Source: Chrysomallon squamiferum (lineage: Eukaryota > Animalia > Mollusca). Taken from it: a stretch of DNA of 64,000 nt. Position numbers and translations under genes: made by a program. Shown here piece after piece: positions 1-13,977 of the stretch (its first letter is position 1; each line of letters starts with the position of its first letter). The DNA lies in NCBI GenBank assembly GCA_012295275.1, contig CM022666.1, forward strand, positions 1,116,001 through 1,180,000. Direction: 5' to 3'. Under the pieces are notes generated by a model. It ran no database searches and was not told where the DNA came from. It saw only the letters and a program-made list of their open reading frames with translations.

Positions 1-37
1 TCACACATGGTTACATATTCAGCTTTATCAATGAATA

Positions 38-69
<32 letters not shown>

Positions 70-501
70 AATAACATTAAAGAAAAAAGTTAAAGATTTT
101 CTAAATAAAATTAAAATCTCTTAGATTTTTCATTATGTACGGAAGACACGAATAATGATTTGTTCTTAGTGCTTGAACTTTGAAATAATCACTGGGAAAA
201 GATTCAACATGATAATCATTTTCTACAGAACTAATAAATCAATTAGCTTCTCATTAACTCATCTCTGCGTCTGTCTCAGAGTTATGCTAAATCAGTAGCA
301 AGTGTGGTCCAAGTACAATTAATTTAAAAACCTGTATGTACGCATGCATTTGTGTCTCTGTTTTTATACACATGTCAAGGAATGTGTTGATTTATGTGCA
401 GGTTACATTGACCCAAACTTCAGTGTGCTTTGTTTTAGTTATTTGTATGTGTCAAGGAATGTATAACCAAAACCTAGATGTCTTTATTTTAGTATTCACC
501 T

Positions 502-535
<34 letters not shown>

Positions 536-588
536 AATAATAATAATAAAGTGGGTGGGAGGTTAAATATTAAAGATTTATTTGGTGC

Positions 589-623
<35 letters not shown>

Positions 624-950
624 AAGTTGTTTTCTTCATAAAATATATCTCACTTGAGAGAATGTAAATCATATAGAGCTTAAAATGTTCTCTTTTTTCA
701 TCTTCATCTTGTATTTTTTTTTTTTTTTTTTTTTTGTGTATGGAAAGGTTAAATTGTATTTGATAATGAGTTTTCTGAAGCCTGAGTGCAAAACCACCTG
801 TTGTCTGTTAGAGTGTTCATCTGTGCTTCAGCCAGACATTCGTAAAAATTATCTTCCCATCTCTGTCTTGTTGGATTACTCAAGTGAAAAAATACACTGC
901 CTCAGAAGGTTAAACCTACAATTCATTCCTGAGGGGGAAACAAAAATAAA

Positions 951-1005
<55 letters not shown>

Positions 1006-2240
1006 TCCAAAAATAACCAATATATATATATATATAAATTTAGAAATGTAACAAAATCCAACAACAAATGTTTATAATTTTTCTCATAGCCTCTTGAATC
1101 ATTTTGGTAAGACATTTCTGAAGTAATCAGTTTCTGATGGTGTTAGTAAAATATATAAGAACTAATAATAATAATAATAATTTAAAAAATCATCAAAACA
1201 AATAGGTATGTTTATCATCAACCAGCCTCATATAAGAAATATAAAGATACTGTACAGTGTTTTAATATATTTTAACAATATATTGTTTATAAATGAATTG
1301 TATAGCCTCTTACAAGAATCTTGTAGAATGAAATTTAAAGGGTTTTTTGTCTAAATTAACAAGAATTTCATACTGTAGTATATAGGTAGTAATATATTTT
1401 ATCTTAATTAACAATATAGTTGTTATACAATAGGTAATAACCATCTATAAGTGTATTATACAATAGTAATAATATGTTGTGCAATAAGTAATGTATTGTA
1501 GTCCAAACAAGACATTTTCAAACTTTATTTGGTCAAAACACTTCTGGGACCTCTTCCTAAGGTTCAGGTCCCCATGCTTTAGAAGGATACAAAATGAAGA
1601 AAAAAATCCCTTAATTTACATTTTTGAGTGTGTAGCCCCTTTCTAATAATGAATGCTACCAAAGAATGCAGAAAATAGCTTCATGTAAAGATGTCATACA
1701 ACAGATAACTATATCTTGTAGTCTAAATTAACAAATTTAATTGAACAACTCGTTATGCTGTTCTCAAGTTATTTTGAGTAGTTTAATTAATTCTTTACAT
1801 TTTTTCTCTCCAGATCAGGTTTGCCTGAGACAAGGACCCTGTTAGAGCTCAGTGGTAAATTTTATGCATTAGATCAGCTCTGCATTGTGTGAAATCCTGA
1901 AGCGATGCAGTAAAACCAGTTTTGCATCACCAACGAGCATTTCATCAAAACAAATAGCGTCTTATCTAGACAAGGGGAATTATTTTGCGCTTAGAAATTC
2001 CCAGTGCAATTACACATCTCATAAAGTGTGCAGCATTCGATACATTCCTCTCATGTTTTTTGACAACAGATGCCAACAGGCACAGACTTTCTTAGTTTGA
2101 CGTGTTTCCGATCTTCTAGATTATTAGGTTTATTACAGGCTTCTATTTAGTGTGCTTTGGGTATGATTTATGTCATATAAACCAGTGGCACGAGGATTTG
2201 CTGGAGAGTCTGTCCTCTGTGCAGTAAGTTACAGTAAGAT

Positions 2241-2365
2241 CTGCAGATCTGGGAAAGTAAAGTTATGAATTTCTGCCAGATCTGGGAAAGTGGAGTTATG
2301 AATTTCTGCAGATCAAGTAAAGTGAAGTTATGAATTTCTGCAGATCTGGTAAAGTAAAATTATGA
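2241..2365. repeat. Degenerate tandem repeat, about 33 bp x about 4
   Basis: Recurring ctgcagatctgggaaagtaaagttatgaattt with variants. Confidence 0.75.
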
Positions 2366-4048
2366 AGATTTTTTCAGCAGTGGAATTTTTGTGGTTTTGG
2401 TAGACTTGTCCAGTATGAAAAGTTAAAAGTATATATATATATATATATATATATAAGTTTAAAGTGGTATGGAATTTAGAATCTGTGATAGATCTAGATT
2501 TAGGATTTGATAGAAGCATAAGCAGCAGTTGCTGAAAGTACTGTGAGCTTTACAATTTATGGATCTGGTAGACTTGTCCAGTGTGAAAAGTTAAAAAATA
2601 AATAGATGTGGTAGAGCACCTGTTTAAAGTGCTATGGACCTTTAAGATCTCTGATTTTCATTAGATTTAGGTGAAAAATAAAAGAATGTGTAGACTTGGT
2701 AGTAATTCTTCAAAGTGCTATGGATTTTAGGATCTACAAATTTGGTAGAGTAGTGGTTTTATATGTAAAAGTAAAAGAATGAATAGATACTGCAGAGTAG
2801 ATGTGTAAAGTGCTAGTGGTTTTGGGATATGTGGATGCAACTGAGTCCTTATTTAGGGTAAAAAGCTCAAGGAATTTGGTACATTTCCTACATTTTGTCT
2901 GGATCTTTTTCCAAGATTTCCATCTCCTACAATATAACATTATCTAAACCTGTTTACACAAGTATCTTGATCTGTTTCCACAAATTACCTCAGCATACAT
3001 TAACTTAATCCATTTACATGATCCACTTACACAAATTACCATGGTCCATTTGCACAAATCATCACAGTCCATTTTACAACGATTGTCATAATCCATTTAC
3101 ACAAATTATTATAAACCATTTGTGAAAATTATCGTGACCCATTAAAACCCAACTAGTCAAGGCCCCAGAGAAAAAGGAACAGTACAGTGCTATTTCACAC
3201 TTGATTCCTCATTGTTGAAACCCAGTACTTATTTTGCTAAATTAAGTGTCATCTCTTTCAAATGATTTTTTTTTTTTTCACATCTTACTAATTACACTCT
3301 TTTTCTAAAGACTCAGGATAAAGATTTGAAAAAAACAAGCTCTCTGCTTCAGAAATGAATTCCTGCCCCTTTAATAACAGTCTTTATCACTTGGTCTGTT
3401 ATCCTCAGAAAATATTTTTTTAAAAAGAAAATTGCTGTTATACACATTAAAGCAACTGGCCTGATTCATTTTACTTCTTTTTTTTATGATTTTTCTTAAT
3501 GGATGTTTTGGATATGAAAAAAATAAAAAAAAAAAACGTATGGAAAAAATATTTTGGGCAATGTCTTCATTATTCAGTTTCAAGAATCTGTAATTATCCT
3601 GAATGGAACTGGGACTTGGAGGTCGCTGGGTCAATCCTTGCTTTCAGAAAGCTTGTGGGGTGAGAATAATGGCTACAAATAGAAATAATCAGAGTGCATG
3701 GTTTGTCTGTTAAGTGGTGAAAATGCTCAAGAATCAATTTTCTGGTTAAATTGGATATTACCCTTCCTCTAATTTCCTCCATTCTGCTTTTGAATTAATG
3801 TGGCATGTAAAACTGAAACCATGCGTAGACATTCATTTTCTGTGTTTGTTGACTGCAAGAAATCTTAATTTGTAGAATTGTAAGTTCATCGAATTATCAT
3901 TTGTCATAACTCCTTTTGTTTTTTTTTTTAAAAATTTATTTATTTATCTGTTTTTAATTATTACTTTCTTCTAAATTGTCATCTTCTTCATCATCATCTT
4001 TTTATAATAATAAAATAATAAAATTATAATTTATAATTATTGTTATTA

Positions 4049-4127
<79 letters not shown>

Positions 4128-4379
4128 AGGGAATACAGAATATTTATTCACTTTTGATGGGGAGTACTCTTTGATGTCACTATTTGCCATCATAAAAACA
4201 TTAAGTTCATGACTGCCCATAAATTGTGATCCACAAGCTAATTTAGCTTTTTCTGCCAATGATTCATTCTAACTGGAGAGACACTGTCATTCCACACACA
4301 GAAATATCTAATCATTCTTTACTTTTTTGTTGTTGTTTGTTTACAGTAATATTTTAAAAAGTCTTATGTAGGTGATGAC

Positions 4380-4665
4380 TAATTTTTCATCTTTGAATTC
4401 TTGTTTGTTTTACTTATAAAAAATATAATTATATATTTTTTGTTTCAATTTTTCATCTTTGAATTTTTTGTTTTACTTATAAAAAAGATAATTATATATA
4501 TTTTATTCTTAATTTTTCATCTTCGAATTCTAGTTTGTTTTATTTATATATTCTTTATCTTAAACTTTTCATCTTTGAACCTTAATTCTATTTTATATAT
4601 TTTATTTTATCATTGAATTCTGGTTTGTTTTATACATTCTTTATCTTAAAATATTCATCTTTTAA
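4380..4665. repeat. Degenerate AT-rich tandem repeat, about 50-70 bp units
   Basis: Recurring aatttttcatctttgaatt...gttttacttataaaaaa at about 4381, 4448, 4511 and 4565. Confidence 0.65.
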
Positions 4666-5109
4666 TTACAGTATTTTATACATGAATTTTTTTTATTTAT
4701 ATTTATGCATTCAACAAGTCAATGCTTTCTGTTAGAATTCATGTAACTTTAGACTGTTTCACTTGAAAAAAGTTTATATTGAGGCATTCAGTGTCTTAAT
4801 GCTTTGACTAACAATTCATATTTCATCTCACAGGTAATGTTAATAATGACATCATTATTAATTCTGAGAGTTGGTCAGCTGGAGGTGGATGTATTTGTTA
4901 GTATAAAACATTGATGTGACTGTGACATGCTAAGACACAATAAAATCTCATTAAAGTTGTGTTAATGTCGGCTGACTGAGAGATCCAGAGATTAATCACG
5001 ATATGATCATGACAGGACTAATGATTTTATTAATGTTGATTAATCTTCGTTGTTTGTCTAGGACAGTGTGAAAAATGCTTTTTTTTTTTTTTTTTTTTTT
5101 AGATATTTA

Positions 5110-5260
5110 GTTCTCAGGATATTGTTTTATTTCCCATACTGGGAAAATCAATGTCACAATACTGGGTTATGAAAGACTAGGGTATAAGATTACTGTTTCT
5201 GGGAAGGTGCATATAAAAGATTACTTACTGCTAACTGGTAATTATAACCCATAGGTTTCT
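5110..5260 (+). mobile_element. Degraded SINE-like interspersed repeat fragment (core region)
   Basis: ctgtttctgggaaggtgcatataaaagattacttactgctaactggtaattataaccc is similar to copies at about 14390 (+), 25150 (-) and 26330 (-). Confidence 0.6.
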
Positions 5261-8200
5261 TTTTGGCAGTATAATTTTCAAATTGTTTACATAAACATGC
5301 AAACAGACACTGACACATATTTATGTATGTATGTATGTATGTATGTTCAGTATTCTTATGTTTATTTCATTATTTACTTTTAATCATGCAGTTAATAGTA
5401 AAATTGGATCAAGCAATTATAATTTCTGTGTCTTATCTGGATGGTTTTGGTGATATTTTTTGACTTTAGTTATTATTAATGTTTTCATTTTTTTTTTTTT
5501 TTTTTTTTTTTTTTATTTATTAAAAACAATAAAAAAATAAATTCTTTAATTCATTCCACCATCATTAAGAACATACTTCTACTCCCATTTCTGCTTCCAC
5601 TTGTTCCTCTTTTTTTTCCCCTCCCACCAACCCACTTTTATCTTCTTTTTTTTCACAGTTCTTCTTTTCACATCATTGAATTTTGCCTTCATTTTGTGTC
5701 CAAAAAAGGTCTATTACAGCATACTTCTGAGTCTCATGAAAACCATATTGATTATGCCGAGGAAAATAAAAGACAGTATGTAGTCCAGCTTCTTTATTCT
5801 CAAATGGGTGGAAATTATAAGAGACCTGATCTAATAGCAATTGTACGAAGAGAAAGGAAGAATCTTTTTCTTCTAAAAGCAGATTTGTTCTGGACTAGGA
5901 AGATCGTCGAAACCAGCAATTTTTGTATTGATTCTTCACAACATTTCGCTTCTTAGTGGATTTTTTTTCGACCAGTTTTTTTTTTTTATTTTTCATCCTT
6001 TTTTTTCGTTTTTTTTTTCATTTTCTTATTATTTTCTTTTTTTTTCTTTCTTTTTCTTTCTTCTTTCTTCTTTCTTTTTCTCTTTTTTTTTAATTCTCTT
6101 TTTTTATATATATTTTTTTTTAATGGTTTTCTCCACTTTCCCCCCCTATCATGGCTTTCCTTCTTTCCTTTTTCTTTGAGTTTTTTTTTTTTTTTTTTTC
6201 CTTCTCACTGTTTGTAAAGATCTAACTGAGAGACGGTAAAACATATAAAATCAATTGTCTGGTAATTTCCATCAATCACTTTTTTCTCTTTCTTTCAAAG
6301 CCTGAGTGAAGGTAGCTGAGTGATGTCTGGCTGGTGTCTGCTGGACATTGGTCACCCACTGTGTCCTTTCTGATTACTGGCAGTTAGTTATTGACATGTG
6401 CTGTTATTTCCATCAACTCTGGTACAGCCTGGAATTAGAAATGTCTGCTGGAATTGATGTTTTCTTTTCTTATTTTTTTTTTTTTTTTCTAATATTTTTT
6501 TTTTTTTATTAATTTTTTTTTTTTTTTTATTAATGTTTTTTTTTTTTTTTTATTTTCTTTTAAAAAATGAATTGAAAATGTTTTAATTTTTTTTTTTTTT
6601 TTATTATTTTTTTGGGTAATTTTTTTTAGGCTGTTTTTTTTTTTTTTTTTTTTAAACTTGTTTAAAAAATGAATTTAAAAGAGTTTTAATTTGTTTTTAA
6701 TTTTTTTTTTTTTTTAATTTTTATTATTTTTTAATTAAATATACATTGTTTGGGACTGCAGTCAAGGTAATTGGCTTGATGTGTAAGCTAGCATAAGTAT
6801 CTCATCCTTAAGCAGAAGATTCAGCATCGTTTCATCTGGGGTTGAGTTCTGTCAAGACAGCATTAGGGTTAATACACAGAAGTCCAGTTGTCAATGAGCA
6901 TCACAGTAATTAGCTCTTAGTGCAAATCCAGTAACAGAAACCCATCATAATCACTCCATGACTCAGGCCAGAAGGTTTAAACTGTTGCTCCATGTGGAGG
7001 TTTAGGTGTTAGGATTAATACAGAGAGTTTAGTGTAGACAAGATTAGGTGGGGTTTAGCTCATTCCAACACCTGTCACTCAAGACTGATGACTTAACCCT
7101 TGTTCATCTCAGATGGTTTAGCTGTTTCTACATCAGGCAGTTTGATGTTTTGTTAGAGTTAGTACAGAGATGTTTTAGTCAGAGACAAGATTTAGAAGAT
7201 TTAGCTCAACCTAATATCTGTCAGTCTTTACCTATGACTGAACTAATAGTTCAGTTTTAATCTATAGATGCAGGTAGCACATATCAGTATCACTGAAACA
7301 AAGAGAATCCATCTGCAACCACATGAAGTGATCTTCTAGGTGTATTTTCAGAGAACATCCATTAGCTGGTATGGAAAACAGCCCTGGATTAGAAACTTCA
7401 CCAAAATATCTTTCCATTTACTAATCACTGATAAGCACTCTGCTTAGATCTGGGCTCAATCTGTATCAGGATTTAATCCTAATTCTCTGCAGCTTTGAGC
7501 TTCATGGATTAATCATTGCCAGATACACAGTTAAATTTAATATGTTAAAACATTCAGGATGTTAGTCTTGTATCTTACCATTACGTTTAGTGGGTAGACT
7601 TTACTACTTTAAGTGACTGGGTTTAACAATGTATAGTCAGATTTTTGTCAAACTAAAGCTTTGTTTTATGTAAAGAGATTCTGTATAATACTTATATGGG
7701 GATGATGGAACAGAAGATAGAATAGAACAGTCTGTTTATCATCACTTTTTTGTTTTTATTTTTATAATTTTTTGACTTTGTACAGTGTAATGATAATGTG
7801 TTAGATAAAATGGAGATTATAGTTATGTTCTAGTCTATTTTGACAGATGTCATTATTATCAGATACACCTCTATATTTAGAATCTTAGATATTTCCCTTC
7901 ATTACATTCAGATATTTGAGTTTTATTTCATTTTAATGTGTAGAATGACATCAGATATAAATTTACATACTAAGATTTTGTTAAAAGATAAAAATGGGTT
8001 TGTGCATTTCTGATATTATTATTATTGACATTCATTCATTCATTCTTTTTTCTTTTCCTTTTTTTTCTTTTCTTTTCTTTCTTTCTTTCTTTCTTTCTTC
8101 AGATATGATTATATCCAAAGTTTGAAATCCAAATGGAATAAAGTTTGTTTACGAACCAAACTGCCAGTGCCTCTTCCAGCGTGTTCTAAGTTTTGTTCAA

Positions 8201-8429
8201 GTTTTTCACAAATAATGAAAACTGTAACAGGATTATGCAGTTGATTGCACTGAAGGACAAACAGTTGAAATATAGTGGAATGCAATTATGTTTGCCCATA
8301 GACCTTTAATAAGACTGTCATTGAGTAAATAAATGTCAGTTTGATCAACAGTTAGAACGGCAAGGAATCTTGGGCAGAAAATGAATTTTAATATGAGAGA
8401 ATTTTACTGAATGACTTCCTACAAATGAA

Positions 8430-8750
8430 TACAATTTTGAAGACTATTTTTATGAAGAGAAATTTTTTTTTTAAATATATATATATATAAAATAAAAGTA
8501 AATAAATAAATAAAATTATGACAAAATAGAAAAATGTGACACAGACAACATCTCAAGATGTTGGTGAAAAAAAACTGAAAAATTTGCAAACAATGAAAAA
8601 AAAAATATAATAAAAATAAATAATAAATATGATGAAGATGATGATGATGATGGTAATCAACCTAGAACTCTGTTAAATCCATCATGATTCAAGTAGTCAT
8701 CTTCATTTTCGTAGATCATGGAAAAAACCAAAGCCTTTTGACATCAATTA
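8430..8750 (+). repeat. Copy 1 of a diverged local duplication of about 300 bp (copy 2 at about 10170-10472)
   Basis: Both copies share aatcaacctagaactct-ttaaatcc...gattcaagta...tcatttt...tagatca-gga-aaaa...aagcctt-tgacatcaatt and upstream aaaatgtgac...aagatg-tggtgaaaaaa. Confidence 0.8.
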
Positions 8751-9397
8751 AAAAATACATCAGTTAGCTTTTTTCCACAGAAACATAAAAGTAATATCGA
8801 TTGCAAGGGTAAAAATCTAAAAAATTTATATAAATTTTGTTTGTTTCACTGAAATGAGAGAAAGAAAAGAAAAGACTGCAAATACTGATCTGTTTTCTTT
8901 TTCTTTCTTTTAAAAAGAATTAAAAAAAAATTAAAAAATGTATAAAAAATAAATAAAAATTATTATTATTTTTTTAATAATGGTTATTTTATTTAGACTT
9001 CAGTTGTGGTAAAACCCATATACAAACACATAAAATTTTTCTCTCGATCGCAAATGTAATTTATCTTCTGGTAGTAAACTTCCAAAATGGTCTTTTATTT
9101 GATGTAAAAGATATTTCAAACTTATCTCTCTTACTCCATGAATGTCATAATTTTTTTTTTTTTTTTTTTTTTTTTTTGTGCTAATACAAGGCATTTGAGT
9201 ACTGGGATTTTTTTTATAGAAAACAGTTTTAAGCTGAAAATTTATAAATTATTTTCTTTCAACATAGCATGTTTGACAGTAACGATTATTATTATGATGA
9301 TTGCGTTAATGACAGTCAAGTCATTATGATGATGATGATAATATTTCTGAGTTAATTTAAATTCATGTTTTTGGAAATGTAGATGCAAAACACACAC

Positions 9398-9439
<42 letters not shown>

Positions 9440-10169
9440 GACATACTTACATTTCTATATACCTTTTATTAAAAAAAAATTTGGTCTTGAACTATAATTA
9501 AGACACCTTAGGCTTTACAAGTGATAATTATTAATATTTAAAAATTGTTTGAAAATATTAAAAAGTAGCAATGGATTTTCTATTACTATTCTATCATGTT
9601 TCAGTTTAGTAAATTTCTTATTTAAGAAACATAAGATTCTGTTAAAAGATGGGTTCATTAGTCTCTGATATAAAAATATTCTTAGTTTCAGAACTAATAA
9701 TAATTGTTGATTTTTAATTTTTTTTCTTTTTTTTTTAAATGTTAAACCAATATAATTTGTTTTTTCTTCACATTTAACTGTTGACCTGATATTGCATGAT
9801 GGAGATGGAACACAATTTTATTGAATCTGGACATCAGTAACAGAACATATGACATCATGAAATGTCAATTACTCTGTATGTCTTGTTTTTAAAAGAAAAA
9901 CAAATAATAATAAAAATTAGGAAATAATGTATATATTATATATAATATTTATTTATTTCAAAATACTTTTTCACTTGTACATTTAATATTATTAATATAT
10001 ATATTATTTTTTAATGTTTATTTTTTTCTCTCTGTCTCTCAACCTTTTATTTTTTTTTTTTTTTTTTTTTTTTCTTTAGTGACTCAACATCAAATTCTTA
10101 TTTGTCAACATTAATCCATAGCTTTTCCTTGTCATTTTGACGTATTGATTTTTACAAATTAACATGCTC

Positions 10170-10472
10170 CACCACCTTTTAGACTATTTATGTAATAAAA
10201 TAAGAAAGAATCAAAAAGCCCAAAAAAGAAACAAAAAAAGTAACAAAGTAGCAAAATGTGACGACATAGACAGCATTTTAAGATGCTGGTGAAAAAAGTT
10301 GAAAGATTTAGAAAGAACGAAACATAATAATAAATAAATAAATAAATAAATAATATGATGATGATGATGATGACGATAATCAACCTAGAACTCTCTTAAA
10401 TCCTTCTTGATTCAAGTATTCGTCATCATTTTCATAGATCACGGAGAAAAGCAAGCCTTCTGACATCAATTT
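10170..10472 (+). repeat. Copy 2 of the diverged local duplication
   Basis: Colinear with 8430-8750 in the same orientation, about 1.7 kb away. Confidence 0.8.
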
Positions 10473-10690
10473 ATTCTCAGAGTACTAAAACTAATGATAA
10501 AACTGATGATATCCTGATGCATGCTGGATAAAGCACTTCACTTGAAGCTGAGTATGCTTATTCTGGAATCTAACAGTTAAGTTAGAGATCTCCGTTCAGA
10601 TTATGAATTATTTACATTGCAGAGACAGGCCAAAATAAAACAAATAATTCTATAATATTAGTGGATGGGGTGTAGTATAGTGGCTAAAGT

Positions 10691-11258
10691 AGAATCAGTT
10701 GTCTACAGACTAGACTATCTGTTTTATGTGTAAAGTAAAGAATCAGTTCTCTTCAGACTAGACTACCTATTTTATGTGTAAAGTGTTTGTAGAATCAGTT
10801 CTCTTCAGACTAGACTACCTATTTTATGTGTAAAGTGTAGAATCAGTTCTCTTCAGACTAGACTATCTGTTTTATGTATAAAGTTTAGAATCAGTTCTCT
10901 TCAGACTAGACTACCTATTTTATGTGTAAAGTGTAGAATCAATTCTCTTCAGACTAGACTCTCTGTTTTATGTGTAAAGTGTAGAATCAGTTCTCTTCAG
11001 ACTAGACTACCTGTTTTATGTATAAAGTGTAGAATCAGTTCTCTTCAGACTAGACTATCTGTTTTATGTGTAAAGTGTAGAATCAGTTCTCTTCAGACTA
11101 GACTACCTGTTTTATGTATAAAGTGTAGAATCAATTCTCTTCAGACTAGACTCTGTTTTATGTGTAAAGTGTAGAATCAGTTCTCTTCAGACTAGACTAT
11201 CTGTTTTATGTATAAAGTGTAGAATCAGTTCTCTTCAGACTAGCTATCTGTTTTATGT
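10691..11258. repeat. 48-bp minisatellite, 12 copies
   Basis: Unit agaatcagttctcttcagactagacta(t/c)ctgttttatgt(g/a)taaagtgt. Copies start at 10691, 10739, 10791, 10839, 10887, 10935, 10983, 11031, 11079, 11127, 11173 and 11221. Confidence 0.97.
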
Positions 11259-12662
11259 AGGTATGGACTTTTTCCCATCCTAACTGGTGCTCCTGAACTA
11301 TTACATGAATAGCAATAGTATAAAATATACTGCCTAAAGAAAGATATACAAAGAAAACAAATATTATCAGTAATAAATTTCAATATTAAAAGTAATAATT
11401 TCAGCATCCTTCTCCTTCATTACTGATTCATTTGTTTATTCCTTCTCAGTTTCAGTTTTTCTTCCCATTCCTTGTTTTTGACTGCTAGACTTTTATCAAC
11501 CCTTTGCAACAGTACCATCAACCCCCAGGGCTGGATAATGACCGCTTTGTCAACCCCTGCCTCAGATGATGCTACCCATCTTCAGTAATGAAAAAGTTAA
11601 AAATATGTTTTTACAGTATTAAAATAAACCTCTTTTTTTTCTTCCATAATATTCAACACAGCAGACTTCCATTGTAAGAATGTGCCTGTGTTTGGTTCAG
11701 ATGGACCATGCATTAGGAATGATTAGCGTACAAGCTCATTTACAGAGATATCCAGCCAAGATAAAAACATTTGGTCTGAGACTTGAAAAGCTTTTAAAAT
11801 CCTGTTTCTTACTAAGATGAGAATTGTTATTTAATGAGTGGTAATGAAAGTAGAATTGTGTTTGTCGGCTGTCTGGCTGAAACGAAGATTTGATATAAGT
11901 ACACCAGTGACTGTTATGTGTTTGTTTGTGTTTTCTTAAACAGTCATAGGTAATTTATTTTTAGCTTGGATGTCATCATCATTGTCATCATCAACATTAT
12001 TATTACTGTTAATGTTACTAAAATTTATTTTTTTTAAATTATTTTTATTATATTATTATATCATCATCTTCATCATTATTTTTATTCTTGTTATTTTTGA
12101 ATATTTGTTATTAAAAAAAATATATATTCTTTGTATTTATTTAGCTAACAGACACGTCAGATAGGGTTTCTTTTCATCATGAGCACATTTCCTATAATAA
12201 TATTAAAACTGATTAAACTAACATGTTCAGTCAAGTCAAGTCATGTTAACTAAATCATATTGTTGATATTTAAACACTTTAATTGCTGAAACTAAATACA
12301 GTGACTCTGACATTGCCCAGTAAATGGATGTCCAAAGATGTTCAGTGTGGACAAATGAAATTTGTGATAACAAACATATCTTGGTCAGTGTGTGATATCG
12401 GTCAGTTCTGGGGACAGTTCACTGGGCAGTAACTACTAATAGTGGACTAATGCTCTTGTAAACCAATTCTGTTGAAGTCATGTTTTATTGTCAGTGTCTG
12501 ATAATCATCATTATAATGCTGTCATCATCATCATCATCATCATTATGTAGCAGTAGTGTCCTGGAAGTCTTAGTTTGTTGTTGCCATACAGAACTTTTAA
12601 ATGTATCATTTTCACGAATTGAAATAGCAAAGTTAGTTCTACAAGTTAAATGTTATAACTAA

Positions 12663-12973
12663 TGTAGTTTAGCAGACTGTAATATTATAATGACAAAAAT
12701 AGTGAAAAACAGTCTGTCTTTCAGTCTATCCTTCTGTCATTCTGTAGTTTAGCAGACTGTAATATTATAACGACAAAAATAGTGAAAAACAGTCTGTCTT
12801 TCAGTCTATCCTTCTGTCATTCTGTAGTTTAGCAGACTCTAATATTATAACGACAAAAATAGTGAAAAACAGTCTGTCTTTCAGTCTGTTCTTCTGTCAT
12901 TCTGTAGGTTAACAGACTCTAATATTATAATGACAAAAATAGTGAAAAACAGTCTGTCTTTCTGTCATTCTGT
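12663..12973. repeat. 80-bp tandem repeat, about 3.8 copies
   Basis: Unit tgtagtttagcagactgtaatattataa(t/c)gacaaaaatagtgaaaaacagtctgtctttcagtctatccttctgtcattc starting at 12663, 12743, 12823 and 12903. Confidence 0.95.
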
Positions 12974-13977
12974 CTGTGTTGCCAAACATTTACCATTTCT
13001 TTCTATCCATCTGTCTTTATCAATCTGCGTTAATAAATATTTATCTCTCTCTTCATCTCTACAAGCTGTCTATGTTACAAAATGTATCAGTGTAAATATC
13101 TTTGTCTGTCCATCTCTCTGTCTCTTTTACAGTTTATGAATGCATCTGCTTAAACAAAATATGACTGTAAATGAAAACACAAACATATCTGTATAGTTCT
13201 GATTGTATTAAAAATATGCTTCAAACAGAAATTAATATGCTCAGAGGATTTCTGCTGTCAGCTCTTGAACATCCAGAGAGAGGTGAACATCATAACGACT
13301 CACAAACACACCATAACAAATTCTACACAGGAAGTTTTCTGATCTTTGTTCCAGAGTTGTGTTTCTCGGTTCAGAATGTCTCGGGTTGGTTCTTCGTGTC
13401 TTTTCTCGGCAACTGATCCTGATGTGTTTATACATACGAAAGTTAATAAAATACCCCAGTAATTTGTGCTCAAATAATATTGACTCTCACATTCTCGGTT
13501 CTGACCCATTTTTCGCTCTCTCCCGTCTGATATGCAGATAATCATGTTGTGGGCAAAAATGGATTTTGGTTTTATGATATAAATAGAGTTTTATCTTGGT
13601 AAAGAGTCCTTGCTGAAAAGGGTTTATGTCATTGGATTTGATTTGCATCCCATTTGTCTGGGGAGAGTTTTTCCGATGGACGGCTTGTAAAGTTAATTGA
13701 GAACACTGTTTGTCATAGAGAGCTTGGAAGCAAAAGATTTACATCTGGTAAACAAAATTAAAAAACATTTTTTTTTTTTTTTTTAAACTTTTTTTAAATA
13801 TTAGCATGATGTTACTGGGTCAGATGTTGTTCCAGAAATAAGACTTTTATTAGTTCTGCAAGTTACCATTTCATTACTTATTAATCTACAAATTTTCAAT
13901 TTTTTAAATTAAATTATTATTTTAAGTCTCTGATCTAGTGTTTATTAATAACCAGTCAGTTCAGATAACCAGTTTAG

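Noticed and set aside
1814-1854. Possible 41-nt exon (tttttctctccag| ... GTG|gtaaat)
   Set aside because: Not a multiple of three, not CASK-like, and the donor is weak. The agctcagtggta portion may be a tRNA/SINE A-box remnant.
5696-5956. Protein-like 86-aa ORF
   Set aside because: Non-ATG start, no similarity to CASK CaMK/L27N or any family I recognise, and no convincing splice pair.
10691-11258. Regularly spaced repeats resembling a CRISPR array
   Set aside because: Units are contiguous near-identical 48-mers with no unique spacers, there are no cas genes, and the context is a eukaryotic intron.
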